64,000 nucleotides of DNA from Aplysia californica. Lineage: Eukaryota. Below, piece after piece: positions 47,706-61,426 of the stretch. A program made the translations under genes and the position numbers. The notes below the pieces were generated by a model. That model did not search any database. It was given only the letters and a program-made list of their open reading frames with translations, and was not told the DNA's origin. Each line of letters starts with the position of its first letter. Position 1 is the stretch's first letter. The stretch lies in the NCBI RefSeq assembly GCF_000002075.1, contig NW_004797325.1, positions 719,053-783,052 of the forward strand. The letters are read 5' to 3'.

Positions 47706-50700
47706 ATCATCATCATCCGGTGCCTTGTCGACTGGCGTGGGCGATCATGGACCTCCACTTCACTCTGTCTTGCGTTGCAGCAATGGTGTCTGTTGTTCTT
47801 GCTGCTCCTAGCCATGTTGTCTTCTTGTCCAGTATCTTTTCCCTCTGTGTGCCTCTGCCTCTCTTTCCATCAAACTTGTCTGTTGTTGCAATATATTCTC
47901 CAATGCTTCTTTCCGCATTGTGTGTCTGAAGAAATTTGCCTGTCGCTTTCGTATTTCGTCATTGCTGTCTTCTGCAATTTGCTTCAACCAAGACTTCTTC
48001 ATTTGTTTTTCTTGTTGTCCATGGGATACGTAGCATGCATGTGTCTTATGAACCACAACTCTGTCGTCACAACTGTTCTTTCCAGCTGTCCACGCTTCAC
48101 ACCCGTATAATAGGATTGGCTCAATGTAGCTTTTCAGTACTCTTTTTCTTGTTTCCAGTGACCGATTGATGTTTGTGAGTATCTTTTTCATTTTGTGGAA
48201 GGTTGTTTTTGCTTGGCAAAAATGCGTGTGTGACATCTCCCATCTTATGATATAATGGTCCCCAAATATTTAAAATGTTGTACTTGCTTGAGGGTGGTAT
48301 CACTGATTTTGATATTGCATGTTGGGGTTAGAGTTTTTCTGCCTGTCACCATTGTTTCGGTTTTCTTGATGTTTAGGCTTAAACGCCCATGTGTCACTCT
48401 CTTGTATGATGACATTCAATAGATTCTATCAGGTGTTCTTCATCTTCTGCTATTAGTACTGTGTCGTCTGCTTATCCTAGATTGTTTATATTATGTCCCT
48501 CTATCGAGATACCTCGCATTTCTTCTATGTGTCTCATGATATTGATATTTTCACTATACAGGGAGAACAAGTCTGGAGAAAGTACGCATCCCTGTCTGAC
48601 TGCTCTTTTAATCTATATATGTATTCGCTGATGTCGTTTTTTATTCTCATTGCAGCAGTTTGATCCCAGTACATGTTCTTGATAATCTTTAAGTCCTTCC
48701 GGTCAATATTGAGGACTTCCAGCATGTTGATGATCTTGTCGTGCCTAACTTTGTCAAATGCCTTGTGTAGTCTATAAAACATAAATGAAGATCTTTCTGA
48801 ACTTCTAGGGCACGTTTTATTGTTGTTCTGATCACATATATGGCATTTACAGTGCCTTTGCCTTCAATAAATCCTCACTGTTCTTGGACTATTTCTGGGA
48901 GAATTTTATTTCGTATTCTCATCATAATTATTCTGAGTAGTATTTTTGTTATCATGTGACTCATGAGGCTGATGGTACGATGAGTTTCACATTTGTTTGC
49001 ATTACTCACTCATTAGGTTTTTTTGGTAAAGCTATGAAGATAAATTTTGACAAGTCTGATGGAATATGTCCAATGTCATACATATGTTGTTAAGAGGTTT
49101 TGTCAGTGTGGTGATTCCAAAGTCCTCTAAAGCTTTAATCATCTCTGTGGTAATGTTGTCCGGTCCTGCAGCTTTTCCCATTCTTCATCTTTCGTAGTGC
49201 CTTGATAACTTCTTCCTTCATGATTGGTGGGCCCTCGTTATTTTCCACTCTTCTTTGTTTATCTCTTTTTTTTTATTTTACAGGTCACTGATGTATTCTG
49301 TCCAATGTTCCAGTATCTTGTCTTTATCCATGATGATATTCCCATCCTTTGATTTGAGGCATCTTGTTGATCCATGTGTTCTTGTATGGCACACCTTTTT
49401 AATTTTTCTGTGCAGATCTTTTGAGTTCGCATTGGAATGATTTTCCATTTCCTCACCTTCTTCTTTTAACCAGGTCTCTTGCTAGATTACATTTGGTCTG
49501 ATTTCTTTATGAAGATTCACATATTTTTCCTGATTGTTTTTGTTTATTCTTTGTTCCTCCATAAGATTAAGAACTTCTAAAATTCTTCAGTCATTCATTT
49601 CTTCTTTGCTTTTGTTGTCCTTTCTTGTATGACGTCTTTTGCAGCCTCATTTATAGATGTTTTAAGCTGTTCCCATTGTAACCATTGTTCTATGTCTTGT
49701 ATTTCTTCTAAGGGGCCGAATTTGTTCTGTACAGTTATTCTGAATTTATCTTGCATTTCTTTGTTTGACAGGAGTAATGCCATGTTTAGTTTCATATTCT
49801 TGTTCTTGCTCATGTGTGTTCTTTTCAATCTTATTCTAAATTTTCCCACTACAGGTACATGGTCACTGTAACAGTCTGGTCCTGGGCGCGTTTTGACATT
49901 TAGCATCCCGTTTTTGTATCTTTTCTTGATCATGATATAGTCGATCTGGTTGCGAGCGCTGTCTCCAGGACTCTTCCAGGTCCATAATCTTCTTGGTGGT
50001 TGTTCATACCTAGTGTTTCCAAATCATGTCATTCAGGATGGCCCATTCTATCAGTTTTTCTCCTCTCTCATTTCTGGTTCCCAATCCACAATGTCTTCAT
50101 GTCTTGTTTTCCCATTTTTGCATTAAAATCTCCAATGACTATGACAATATCTTGTGATTTACAATGTGTCTTTGCTTGGTTTATTCCATCATAAAACTTC
50201 TCTATTTCTTCTACTTTGCTTTCTGAGGTTGGTGCATGCACTTGGGTGATGGTTGTATCGAAGGGTGATCCTTTCAGTCTCACCAACATAACTCTGTCTG
50301 ATATTGTCAGGTACCCCTTATTAACTCTTTCCGTACGTAGTTTTTTTGGGGTCTAATTAACTAGTGGCTCGATTTGGCTATGCAGGTGGTGTACAAAATA
50401 ACTTCATAGAAGCATAACCATCCCTTAAAAACGTAACATATGATATACCAAATTGAAGGAAATTGAATGAGGAATACATCCCAATATGAAACAAAGGATT
50501 AATTATGAATATAAATATATGCATTAGAAGGGTTAGAAATGGCGATGATGATGAGAAAAATAAATTTTGACTAAAAAAAATTACATTCCCCAAACACGTG
50601 AAAGCAAATCAGTTAGCTATCTATACAGGCCCAGAGCATAATCCATAAAATTCTGAATGCATAAAATTCTGAATGCGTAGCTTTTTATTTGAAAGCAATA

Positions 50701-51575
50701 TTCCAATTTTTGTTTGAGTTATGATATTTATACTGAGTCCGATTACATCGTTTTGTTGATGCAAGACCACGAGCCGCAAGATCTAATTCACTCGTTTTTC
50801 CCCAAACCCCCGCTTTGACAAAGTGAAACTAGATGTTTTCGTTTCCTCAATCCCTTCCAAGTTTTTCAATAGCAATAAAAGGTAATTATAAATTACGGAT
50901 CGTGTTAAAACGAAACAAAACTGAGGCACCCTATGACAGCCGATATGGACTCGCGACGATATATCGGCGATACGTCCGGAAAGAGTTAAGTGTCTTCGAT
51001 GTTGACATGTCCATGATGACCGCTACTCCTCTTTCATGTTTGTCGCCTCCTGAGTAAAGGATTTTATAGCTGTCTGACAATATGCTGCCAGCTCTTGTCC
51101 ATCATACTTCACATAAACCCATGATGTTAACATTCATTCTCTTCATTTCTTTCTTGATGTTGTCCAGCTTTCCTTTCTCTAGCAGTGTTCTCACATTCCA
51201 GGTTGCTATGTTTCTCGTTTGAGTTTTCCTTTTGTGAGCAGTATCTTGATGACGATCTGGTGTCACCTGCTTTCCTCTATAGTGTCCTCAAATTTGAACG
51301 TTCTGTGTCAAGTAGTTGATTAGACCCGATCATAAATGCAAGCGGCTTCGCACGGAGACCAGCCATTTTCCCCTCACTCTCACGGCAAACGTATGTGACC
51401 TACAAATCCCCGTATGACTATTCTGAGCCCGTTCATTGGTCACTTGAAATAGGGCAGTGGCGGCCACGCGCGCATCCGGTTGTTTTTTTCTCTGTTCCCC
51501 TGTAACATGGCAATGGGGGTATTCCGAGGCGAGCTTATAAATCTCTCCTTGGGGTGTTCGCATCACAACGGGAAA
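47706..51575 (-). mobile_element. Decayed, near-full-length RTE-clade LINE
   Basis: APE motifs IATWNVRTL (~51200), GDFNAK, NQIDYI, SDH; RT KAFDKV and ADDTVL; LLYGCEAWT; (GAT)n 3' tail at 47706-47717; many stops and frameshifts; 5' boundary approximate. Confidence 0.9.
50325..50985. mobile_element. piggyBac-type non-autonomous element inside the LINE
   Basis: TTAA on both sides (50321-50324, 50986-50989); 15-bp TIR CTCTTTCCG(T/G)ACGTA. Confidence 0.9.
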
Positions 51576-52031
51576 AAAGTTTTTAATTGTACGGCATGCT
51601 AGATTGAGTTTACTTATATTTTAAGGTTGACATAGTCTAAAGTCATCAAAGAAAGCTTTGCCTTTATTTAGTCACACTGCCAACATATTTCTTAAAGATC
51701 CCATGTTGTGATACGATACTATAAATAAAATGCTCTCATCCTGACACCCCTTTTTTGCAAAATCGTAATATGTACATCAAAATTTTAAATTTTAAAATAA
51801 CTACGAAATGGTTAGTAAATCTGACTGCAGAAATGAATTCTCCACCCAAAAAGACATCGGGTAACCAAGTTTCTTTCTAACACTCCTATTAATTACTGAG
51901 ATATCGTCGATTTACTTACAGAGTCTGCTGTCCATAATTTATGATCCAATTCTTAAAATTCAAGAAGCATAATTCATGATGATCTGAGGAAAACAAAATC
52001 TACAGGATACCTACTTTTTTTAAAATTACAG

Positions 52032-52236
52032 GTTAGTAGAAAGGAGCACCCTTCTCAATTCAAGATGCTGTTTGGTTCAGATGATGTCTTCAAGTTACAC
52101 CACAGCAGCAGATGTCATCCCTCCTCCTCCTTCTGACATCGTCTCTAAGCAGTACTCGCCAAAAATAGAACAGCTAGTTACAGATATCAGTCAGCTCACT
52201 TTACTGGAAGTTGCTGATTTGAATGAACTGTTGAAG
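52032..52236 (+). CDS. MRPL12: MRPL12 exon 2
   Basis: ...[30 protein letters not shown], the bL12 N-terminal domain; tacag / GTTATT. Confidence 0.95.
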
Positions 52237-52458
52237 GTTATTATTCTTTTTCTCAGTCCTAACTGACAGTTTAAAAAAATTACTAGTGAAACAGGCTGAG
52301 CTGGATGTTTGAATTTTGGTTACATAATAAAACATTATAGATTGTGATGTTATTATTTTTGTTTCAGACTTCTGTCCATAGTTATGAAGTTTTTCTAAAA
52401 TTTTTATTCTTCACTTCATTTTTAGCAGGATTTCCCCCTTTTGTTTCTGTGCCTGATA

Positions 52459-52616
52459 CAGTTTAACACGGATTAGTCGAACACAGAAGACTCGAAATCA
52501 CGCCTCTATTGAACTGTGCCTGCTGTCCCTGTTTTTTCTTCTTCTTTATCTTTGTAAAATATCCCTAGAACTACTGAGGCAAGTCATGACGAATTCAAGC
52601 TATCTGTGTTATACTG
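52459..52616. mobile_element. Short TA-flanked MITE family G (other copies 59483-59643 and 60108-60273)
   Basis: TA|CAGTTTAACACGGA...TCTGTGTTATACTG|TA; shared GTCGAACACAGAAGACTCGAAATC core. Confidence 0.8.
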
Positions 52617-53014
52617 TATTTTGGTGGGCGCATTGTGTTTTGTAATAGGTAGTACAGAGTTACGTTTTGGCACGACATGTTATAACTGGAGCGGTTTTCC
52701 TTTTGAAAGAGAAGAGTTACATAAGTGTAGTTTAGTGTATACTATTATTCTTATAATGGAAGTGAGCTATCTGAGGTGAAGATCTTTTTACTTTTTTTCC
52801 TGTGGTGATCTTTTTTCTTTTTTTATAATGTGCTTTTATGGAAGGGTGGGGGATTACGGTTTTGTTGTAACTTTTTATAAATGTGACAGAGCATTTTAAC
52901 ATTCGAAGGAGCAATACTGTCATGGAATCCGTTTTTTACTGTTCTTTTTTAAAAAAAAAAGAATTTGTATTGCATACATAACCGTGTGAATGTTGTGATT
53001 TCTTTTTCTTTCAG

Positions 53015-53080
53015 AAAACATTAAACATTCAGGATGCCCCTATGATGGCAATGGGTGCAATGCCTGCAGTTGCAGCAAAG
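53015..53080 (+). CDS. MRPL12: MRPL12 exon 3
   Basis: KTLNIQDAPMMAMGAMPAVAAK hinge; tttcag / GTAACT. Confidence 0.93.
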
Positions 53081-53193
53081 GTAACTTGTCTCTTACAGTG
53101 TCTGTTGTTTGTTAGTGTCCCGTAAGGTTTTTGCTCTGATGATTTGAAAGTGATGGAGAAAAATGAAAGCTACGTTTTTTAGGTTAATAATTG

Positions 53194-54192
53194 CAGACCT
53201 GCCACTCGTCCCGATTTAGTCGGGATATCCCGATTTTTTTGCCCCAAATCTCAAGCATCGCGATTTTCCCGATTTCGATCGCGTATATCCCGATTTTTTG
53301 TCCCAGTCTGCTGTTGTGCCGGATTTTTCTAAAAACTTACCCTTGTCCTCTCCTTTATCGTGGGAAGCATCCGTTGAACTCTTTGTCAGTAGGAACTCCT
53401 TTAGAAGTTGACTCGCCCCAAGATGTGTGTGATCTTTGCCCGCGCTCAGAATTCTCCAATGATAGCCTGGTATCTGTTACAATTTGGGACAAATAATCGA
53501 TAATATTCATAGTTTCACTGTTACTTTCAAAACAAGCCTTGTCCGAGGTCTGGTAACTGCGCGTTCACATCAAACACTCGGACGAGCGACAGTCTTTCTA
53601 ACTCTTACATATAACTGCGCTGACAAGACTAACATACGGCCGTTGTCGTTGCTTTAGTCTGAACGCATTATGAGGGATAAGGGATTTGTTGGTACATTTG
53701 GTCGGTTGGCCGCCGCCGTTATCCTAGAAGTAGAACGACTGTCGCTCATCTGAGTGTTTTGTGTGAACGTGCAGTTAGTTGGACCCGTCAGTAAAATTGT
53801 TTCAATCGCGCATTCGCGTCTCGTGACATGACATCGCCGTGTGAGTTATGCGTGTCGGGGACCGTACGTAGACGGGGTCAACTTAAGTTCATGTATTTCG
53901 GGACTTATTGGTAGGGGTGGGGGGGGGGTATAGACACTCGGTCTAGGAGTGCTTGACGCGATGCTTCAGGATATTAAAAAAAAATAATGATGACTCGCGC
54001 GCGCGCACACACGCAAACAAAGACACACAGAAGGCATATAGGCCTAGAAATTTATGGACACCCCTGGAAAAATTGTAAGTCAGCTTTCGCAGCCACCTTG
54101 GTGATTTGCTGTTGATCCCGATTTTTTTCACCAAATCCCGATTTTTTATCCCTGAGATCCTGATTTTGAGGTTTCATAGAGTGGCAGGTCTG
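53194..54192. mobile_element. hAT-like element with 6-bp TSD
   Basis: Perfect 14-bp TIR CAGACCTGCCACTC; TAATTG at 53188-53193 and 54193-54198; subterminal ATCCCGATTT repeats at both ends. Confidence 0.9.
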
Positions 54193-54539
54193 TAATTGGG
54201 TTTGTGTTCAGTATGACACATGATGAAAACATTTCCTGGCTCAGGAAACATAATGGATGAAGAAAGAAGTGGGTGATTCTTATATGATCTCTATGAAATC
54301 TTATATTGTTGTATCTTTGGTGGGAGACAGGTCAGAGGCAACCTCATGTGGCCTCGTCCAGAGTACATCCGGGCCCGGTCTTGCGTTGTTCTGTAACAAT
54401 ATGCTACATTGAAGCATTGCATGAATTTATTTTTGTCCTTTTTGTGTATTTATGTTCGAAGTTTTGATAGCTTACTCGTCAGAGATTAATATAATTCTGT
54501 AATTACATAATAATGAAAGTATTTATTTTCTGGATTCAG

Positions 54540-54677
54540 GAGGAAGATGAAGAGGAAGCCGCCCCAAAACGTGAAAAGATGAGTTTCACTGTGAAGCTTA
54601 CTAAATTTGATGCTGGCAAAAAAGTGGCACTCATCAAAGAAATCAAAAGTGTGGTTGAAGGCCTCAATTTAGTGCAG
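54540..54677 (+). CDS. MRPL12: MRPL12 exon 4
   Basis: EEDEEEAAPKREKMSFTVKLTKFDAGKKVALIKEIKSVVEGLNLVQ; ttcag / GTATGT. Confidence 0.96.
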
Positions 54678-55252
54678 GTATGTGGATTCTGATGCTGTCA
54701 TGGGTGTTATTTTTCAGGGCTGACTCTGAATTCCGAGTTGGCGAGATTAACTGCGTCGAATTTTCTAGTTGAGGCCGACAAACTGCCTGATCATCGGGTG
54801 TGAAATTGTCTTGTCCGTAGTTTCTACGCAAATGTGCTCTTGACTACAGAGCTATGGAAGAACCATAGGTTCTACGGAAAGTGCTGAAGAGAAAGGGCGA
54901 AATTATGATAAAATCATGTTTTTTTAAAAAGGATCCATTTTTGCAACATGCATAGTATTGAAGCAACTTTCATTGAGTTCACTGAAGTTCACTGTCACCA
55001 TTCATTCATTGCGCCGGATCCTCCTCGCCCCAGCGTGGTGTGTATCGAGACGCAGCTCGTGACATCAGTTGACCGGCACTTCACAGTGAAGGCGAAGGGG
55101 CGCAGGAGGGAGATGTGTGCTCCTAGCTGGGTAATAACTTAGACGCTCAGAGTAAGAATGTATAGGTAGTAACGGTGCTGTTTGTGTTCTCCGGTTAGGC
55201 CGAGAGAGTGGAGCAAGGGCGCTCAGCGCAGAATTACAGTATGTATAGTGGA

Positions 55253-55296
<44 letters not shown>

Positions 55297-55299
55297 CCT

Positions 55300-55339
<40 letters not shown>
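55253..55339. repeat. (CT)n microsatellite
   Basis: Direct reading. Confidence 0.97.
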
Positions 55340-55344
<5 letters not shown>

Positions 55345-55875
55345 GATTTGGAAGATTCATTGATTTGCCATTTGGATGATTAGTACTAGTACACCATAAG
55401 TCAAACTCCACCCCGTGGCCGTACTATTGCCGTTCCTGACCTGAGGTCACTATATTATCACCCATTGCAGCACTCCTTTTACTAATTGAGGAAAACAGTT
55501 TCATTGGAACAACTATTCCAGATATCCTGCAATCAAGATCTTTGATACAGATAGCAATAAGCCTATGTCTTGGGGTTGGAGGGAAATCTGCATATGTTTG
55601 TTCTTTCACGTGCCACTTTCAAATCCACAGCTTGATTGTATGATAGTAAAACTGTAGCTCGAGTGTTTTCTGGTACATGTAGATCTTCTTTTGTTTTTCT
55701 TTCATCTAAAAAAATGTGTTGGTCTATAATTTATGTACATTTTTCTGTGAATCTAAAAAAAATTCTGTTTTTGGTGTTAAGATATTTGTAGCCAGGTAAG
55801 TGTTGCTCAAGTTTCTAAGTATTATAAAAAGCATTTTGTTGCTTGATTTGTGATGGTTTTGATTTCTGGTATATA

Positions 55876-56700
55876 CAGGGGAACTCGGATTCAACGGGAA
55901 CTCGGGTTCAAAGTGAGGAGGTGGATTTCCCGGTTTTTTTCAAATTGTTAAAAATCAATAAAAATAACCCGGATTCAACGAGCATTTAAATCAGCAAGCT
56001 CGGATTCAACGAGCATTTAAATCAGCAAGCTCGGATTCAACGAGTTCGCTTCCAGGGTGAACAGCCCCACGCAGACGTGGCTCGTTCATTTTTCTCCTAC
56101 AACCAACTTTATTTATTCCCAGAAACCATCCATTGCACCTGCACCGTGAACCATTATTCACTATGCCGATAGCATGCAACCAGTCAGCAGCCTTCTTTCA
56201 TACCAACACATGCGTTGTTAACGCGCGTCTGTCGGGTCAAATGGGCGCCTGCACACTTGCGACTGTGTGTGCCTGTCGGGGGGCACCATCGGTCCGGGCG
56301 TGGAATGTTGCAGATACAAACGCGTCAGTCTTTTTTACCCTCCAGCAACTGATCATTATTACAATGATAAGCTAGTCTTGGCGTAGATCTACGTAATGGA
56401 TTGTGCGCTGGTCTATGGAATCTAAAGTTACCGTATGCTAGGCTAGGCTCTACACAGCAGCACAACTTTTTGGCAAACAATGGAGATGACACAAGCGTGC
56501 ATTTGAACGAATCGGTCTTTCTTTTTGCACGGCTCATAATATGTAGGCATTTCAGGCCCCACTTGTTACTTCTCTTTATACATTGCTTGCTCAGTTCCTG
56601 TAATTATCAACACAAAACCTCATGCTTGCTATAGCGAATACTCTGATTCAATGAGATGTTAGGTCAGGCCCAGCGACTTCATTAAATCCGAGTTCCACTG
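55876..56700. mobile_element. pogo/Tc1-mariner-like MITE family C copy 2
   Basis: TA|CAGGGGAACTCGGATT...AATCCGAGTTCCACTG|TA; internal tandem duplication of about 30 bp near 55970-56043. Confidence 0.88.
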
Positions 56701-56703
56701 TAC

Positions 56704-57732
56704 CATAGCTACCACTTTCCCGCTAAATAGCGGAAACTCCGCTTCATCTAGCTTTTCCCGCTACTTTCCTCCTTCCTCCGCTGGACCGCTCTCGGTCGCA
56801 AATTGCGATACTTTTTTACACGCGGAAAACACCAAACCGGGAGAGAGACAAAAACGCAGCTTGCGCATGTCCACCCAAAGCTTTCTACTTCCGTTCTTCT
56901 AGGCCTAGCGTTAGTTTCACTTTGTTTATTGTGGAGCAACAAAGTGTCGATTGGGCATTGGGACGTTAGCGCGCCGAGTTGTCATTGAAAACAGCGGAAA
57001 TTCGAGAGAAATTGATGCAGAATGCAAAAATAAAAGGAGCTCCGCTTGCTGCACTTTGCATTTGGTGCGATAAAGAAATCGCGGCCCGCGGCACTCCTGT
57101 ACAATTGCGGTCCCGTTTGTTTACATGATGGCTATTGTGGCTGTTGAAGTGAATCTAGATATCTAGATAATCTATCTCTAGATATAATCTAGATTTACAC
57201 ATATTTAGATATCTAGATTCTAGATCTAGATTAGATAGCCTAGGCTATAATTTTAATTCAGGTTAGATCAACACTCTACAGAGGGACTACTAAGTTAAGT
57301 GCAAACAGGACCGCAATTGTACAGGAGTGCTCAGTACAGCGGCAAAGGTGTTGCCTCCTTGATCCAATACTGCGCACGCTCTACATCGATGTACAAGTTT
57401 AAAGTGAAAGAAATCTTTTTATAAGACACCAGCTTGCAACAAACACTGGATTTTTAGTCACCAAGTCCAAACTGTCAAATTGACTCAAATGCTTGTTAGT
57501 CTACTCAGTGCCTTTGTTGGTTTTTGTTTTTTGTTGTTGTTTTTTTTCAAATACATTTAAATTCAGTTGCCTATGGTTAACAAATATGACAGTTTTCCCT
57601 TCCAAAACCATAGGCTAGATTTTCCAGTATATTGCCTCTGGATCTCACTGGTTTTACTCCGGCTTTCGGAGAGCGCGCGTCCGCCTTCGCATGAATTTCC
57701 TCCTTTTTTGAAATTCCTCAGTGGCAGCTATG
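56704..57732 (+). mobile_element. Family A hAT-like element copy 3 (inverted)
   Basis: TIR CATAGCT(A/G)CCACT; TSD TGTAC at 56699-56703 and 57733-57737. Confidence 0.9.
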
Positions 57733-58690
57733 TGTACTTATAGTAGGCATATATACATTTTTGGGTCTTTTCATGGGAATTGTGAACTTCTCATTTGATT
57801 TTTAAAGCGTGCAGTTTTCCATTTTTGTACCAGGAAATGGTGTGTTTTTTCTTTTACCAAAAAAGGGTAAAAAATCGTTTTCAGAGAGGGGGGCTTTGAT
57901 CCCTTAGTCCCCCCAGCAGGGCGTTGCCCCTGCACCTTAATGGGGCCTTAATGGCCCCTGGACCCCTGCCTTTTGGGTGACATTTCAGTGTTTGGACAAT
58001 AGGTAACACTGATTTCAGGCGCAGCAAAATTTCCCAGTGACAACCATGGATTTTGTTGATTGCTTTTTAAAAAAGACAAGAAGAATGGCTGTGTCACTGC
58101 TTTCAAAATTTACAGCAAGTCATTCTCCAGGTTCATTTTTCATGGGGTGGCCCAATACTTCATCTAGCAAATAAAACATTCAATATTGTTTGGCACAAAT
58201 AATTATAATGGGACCAGGGCCCAGTGAAACATTGTTTTTGACCTTTTCCCTCTTCCCATTTCTGCCACGCAAATTCGTTTTATCAAGTGAATGTTTGCTT
58301 GTAAGGTTGTTTTAGATGCAGGGCCCTTTATTTGCAATCCATCTCTGATACAACTGAGCCTGGTGGGTGGAAAGACTTGAAAATTCCCATAACAGTGGAT
58401 GTTGAAGAATTCCCCCTTTTGAGATTTCAACCGGGGCCATCTTCACCATAACCGAAAAGGATGCGAACTGAGTTAACAGCGTCGCCACTTTAGAGTGTAT
58501 AAATGTGAACTATATCGTGTGACGATGTGGTGCAAAGGTGAAAACAGTTGTTCATCAAAATATGAAATACAATATAGCACAGATAGCTCGAAGTCGTGGG
58601 GACCAGCCTCGGTAGTTCAAGGGATCCGTAGTTTGAGGGATACGTGAACAGTGTTATTATATGGCATAGGCTGTGTCAGAGAATCAAGGG

Positions 58691-59217
58691 GGGCTCTCGT
58701 GGCCTAGAGGTTAAGGTGTTCGCCTCTCATTCAAAGGTCCCGGGTTCGAATCCAGGTAGTGACCGAAAAATTTTCTTCTCGAAAATTGTCTCCTTTCACC
58801 TCCTTTCCTGCTCTCTAGCAATGTTCTGTTGTCTGCTTTCATTTCCACTTTCTGCCCACACCCCCTCACCTCCTTTGCCCCCTCCTCTGGGCTCCTGACT
58901 CTTTCTGCAGCCTTTCTACTGCTACTCCTTGGCTCCTCCTTACTGCTGTCTTTCTGCCACACCCCTGATCTTCTGGTAGGAAAGATCTACACCTAGCCTT
59001 CTCGGACAAGGGCGAAAAATCTCGGAGGGCCCGTGTGCAAGTTGCGCACATTAAAGATCCCTCTGTGGTCTAAAATCGATAAGAGTAGGCTTCGGCCGCC
59101 ACCTGGGCAAAATTCAAAATATTCTACCAACTGAAAATATGAGGTGTGTCCCGCGCGCTCATATGACCTTATGCAGTTGCGAGTGCCGTAAAACACTCTA
59201 CAAAAACAAACAAACAA
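58691..59217 (+). mobile_element. Full-length tRNA-derived SINE
   Basis: A-box TGGCCTAGAGG, B-box GGTTCGAATCC (58743-58753), (AAAC)n tail, 13-bp TSD AGAGAATCAAGGG (58678-58690, 59218-59230). Confidence 0.93.
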
Positions 59218-61426
59218 AGAGAATCAAGGGAAGCAACAAAGATTGCTACTTTAGGGGCAAAACAATAAATCGTGTGCTGCACAACCCTTCCTCTCGTCCG
59301 CTCCACAAAAGCAGGCTAGGCTCCTGTGTCAAGCAGCATGCTAAAAATAGCACAGCTAGGTGCTTCTCTTGAGGGGGAAGTTGGTATTTTACTGACCTTG
59401 CCTTTTTCTTTTTTTTTTTTTTTTTTTCTTCTTTTTTTTTCCCCTCAAGTGCACCTCAAAGGACATTGACTTCAGACCTCTACGGCAGCATAATTAGTTC
59501 AAGTATTCTGTGTTTAGATTCGAGCTTCACGTGATTTTCTAACAGAGATAAAGAAGGAGAAGAAAAAACGGGACTGCAGGCACAGTTTGACGGATGCGGG
59601 ATTTCGATTCTTCTGTGTTCGACCTATCCGTGTTATTATACTGTAGAAGAAAGCAACATTTTTCTGCCTGTGGGGCAATTTTTATAGAACTTTTTTTTTA
59701 AGCTCGGCACTTTTTATGTCCACTTAAATACACATTTCTGTGTGGATTTAAATTTAACATAAAAACATATATCAAAGGCACAAAAAATCAAAATTTACAG
59801 TTTCCAAGCATGCTCAAGCTTTGGAAGTCTCCAGACTTTGGCAGCCATTATCTGACATATTTGATCTCTGACACCTCCTTCAATCGCAAATATATCTCGA
59901 CTTTCGTTAAAAAACAATGGGTAATTTTTCATCAAACTCAAGACAAATGAATTGGCTTTAAGATTGCAATAATTATGCCCAAAAATTTAGGAGCGCCTGA
60001 TTCCAGTGTCATTGCACATTTCATATCTAGCTGATCTCTCTGTTGGCTGTGGAATGAGGGACTTGTGTCTATCCTTGATAAAAATGTCTGCTTGTATTTT
60101 AGACATACAGCATAACACAAATAGGTTGAAGTCGAACACAGAAGACTCGAAATCGCACATCCGTCGCACTGTGCATGGGGTCCCGTTTTTTTTTTTCCTC
60201 TTTTATCTTTGTAAGATATCCCTCGATCTATCGAGGCCAGTCCCGGCGAATTCGAGCTATCCGTGTTATACAGTATAAGATTTTGCCAGCCCAAGTTTGT
60301 TTAGTGTAAGTGTAAGTCTTTTCTTGATCTGAACAAAATCCCCATCCCCTGACCAAATTATCTTGAGTGTTTCTTGACTTTATCATACAATAATGGAAAT
60401 TAACACACTGTGCTAAAATATTTTTTAAGCCTTATTTTGATACTTGTGTCATATTATTATTAATGTGCAAGTCTTTGCCTACTTCAAATTCTTTTATAAA
60501 TGCTACTTCATACTCAACTTTACCTCCGAACCTAGAGAAAAAAAAGAATTCATTTTCTCACACCTGCATAGTGTTTCAATACTCAGGAGTGAAAGGTCAG
60601 CTTGCATCATCATCATTAAAAATATATTCACTTCCTCTTGGTTAGATAAATTACATTCATTTGTGGATTCTTAGGAGAAGTTTATGTCATTAAAAAATAT
60701 TTCTCTTGTTTTGAGCTTTTTGTCTCCTCTTTTTTGCTGTTGTATGTTCCTACACAGGATAGGCCTATTTCTGGCATAGATCTAATTGGATTGGAGTTTT
60801 CTCTCTATTGTTGTGCTTTATATTAGAGCCTGGGGTTTGAAACTTGAAACAGACTGTTTTTATTGGTGTGCTCAGAACATGGCCTCCCAATCTTTCTATT
60901 CTTATACTTACACCTGTTTTCTTTGAAGTGTCATGTTAGAACAAAGTCAAACAGTTTAGAGCACCCATAACAAATTGGCTCAACACATAAATTTTTGTTG
61001 TTATATATCCATATTTTAAATACAAAGACACATAGATCTATATATAATGACAAATTTTGGAAACGAAAATCCGTTTACTGTGTGCATGTTTCGCTTTATT
61101 ACATGAACATGTTCACTATGTGCTTGTTAGACTGTAGTTATGCACTTGACTGACCTTCAGAAAGTGGATGTTCAACGTCTTGTCAGCTATTTATGTATTT
61201 TTTTGGCCCGATGCCTTTGTGAGGAGGGGGGGGGATCAAGTTGTGTACTCCACCTTCATGATTACCTATTGGCTAGCAGCATTGTGTGTAAAAAAATTTA
61301 GAAATACAACAAAAATGGAGAAGAGACAATATATGACTCGGTTCGTGTTACCGGGCTTCCGCTCAAGGTTTTTCTTATTTTGCCATCTCAAAGATTTGGA
61401 TGTTTTCTTTCTCTATTGTCTACCAG

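Noticed and set aside
54215-54300. Intronic C/D box snoRNA (ATGATGA near 54221)
   Set aside because: No properly placed CTGA D box or terminal stem
55065-55411. RE-repeat protein ORFs
   Set aside because: Translation of a (CT)n microsatellite
58691-58765. tRNA gene
   Set aside because: A and B boxes are present, but there is no closing acceptor stem or T-run terminator; it continues into a 450-bp body with a tail, a TSD and a second copy, so it is a SINE head
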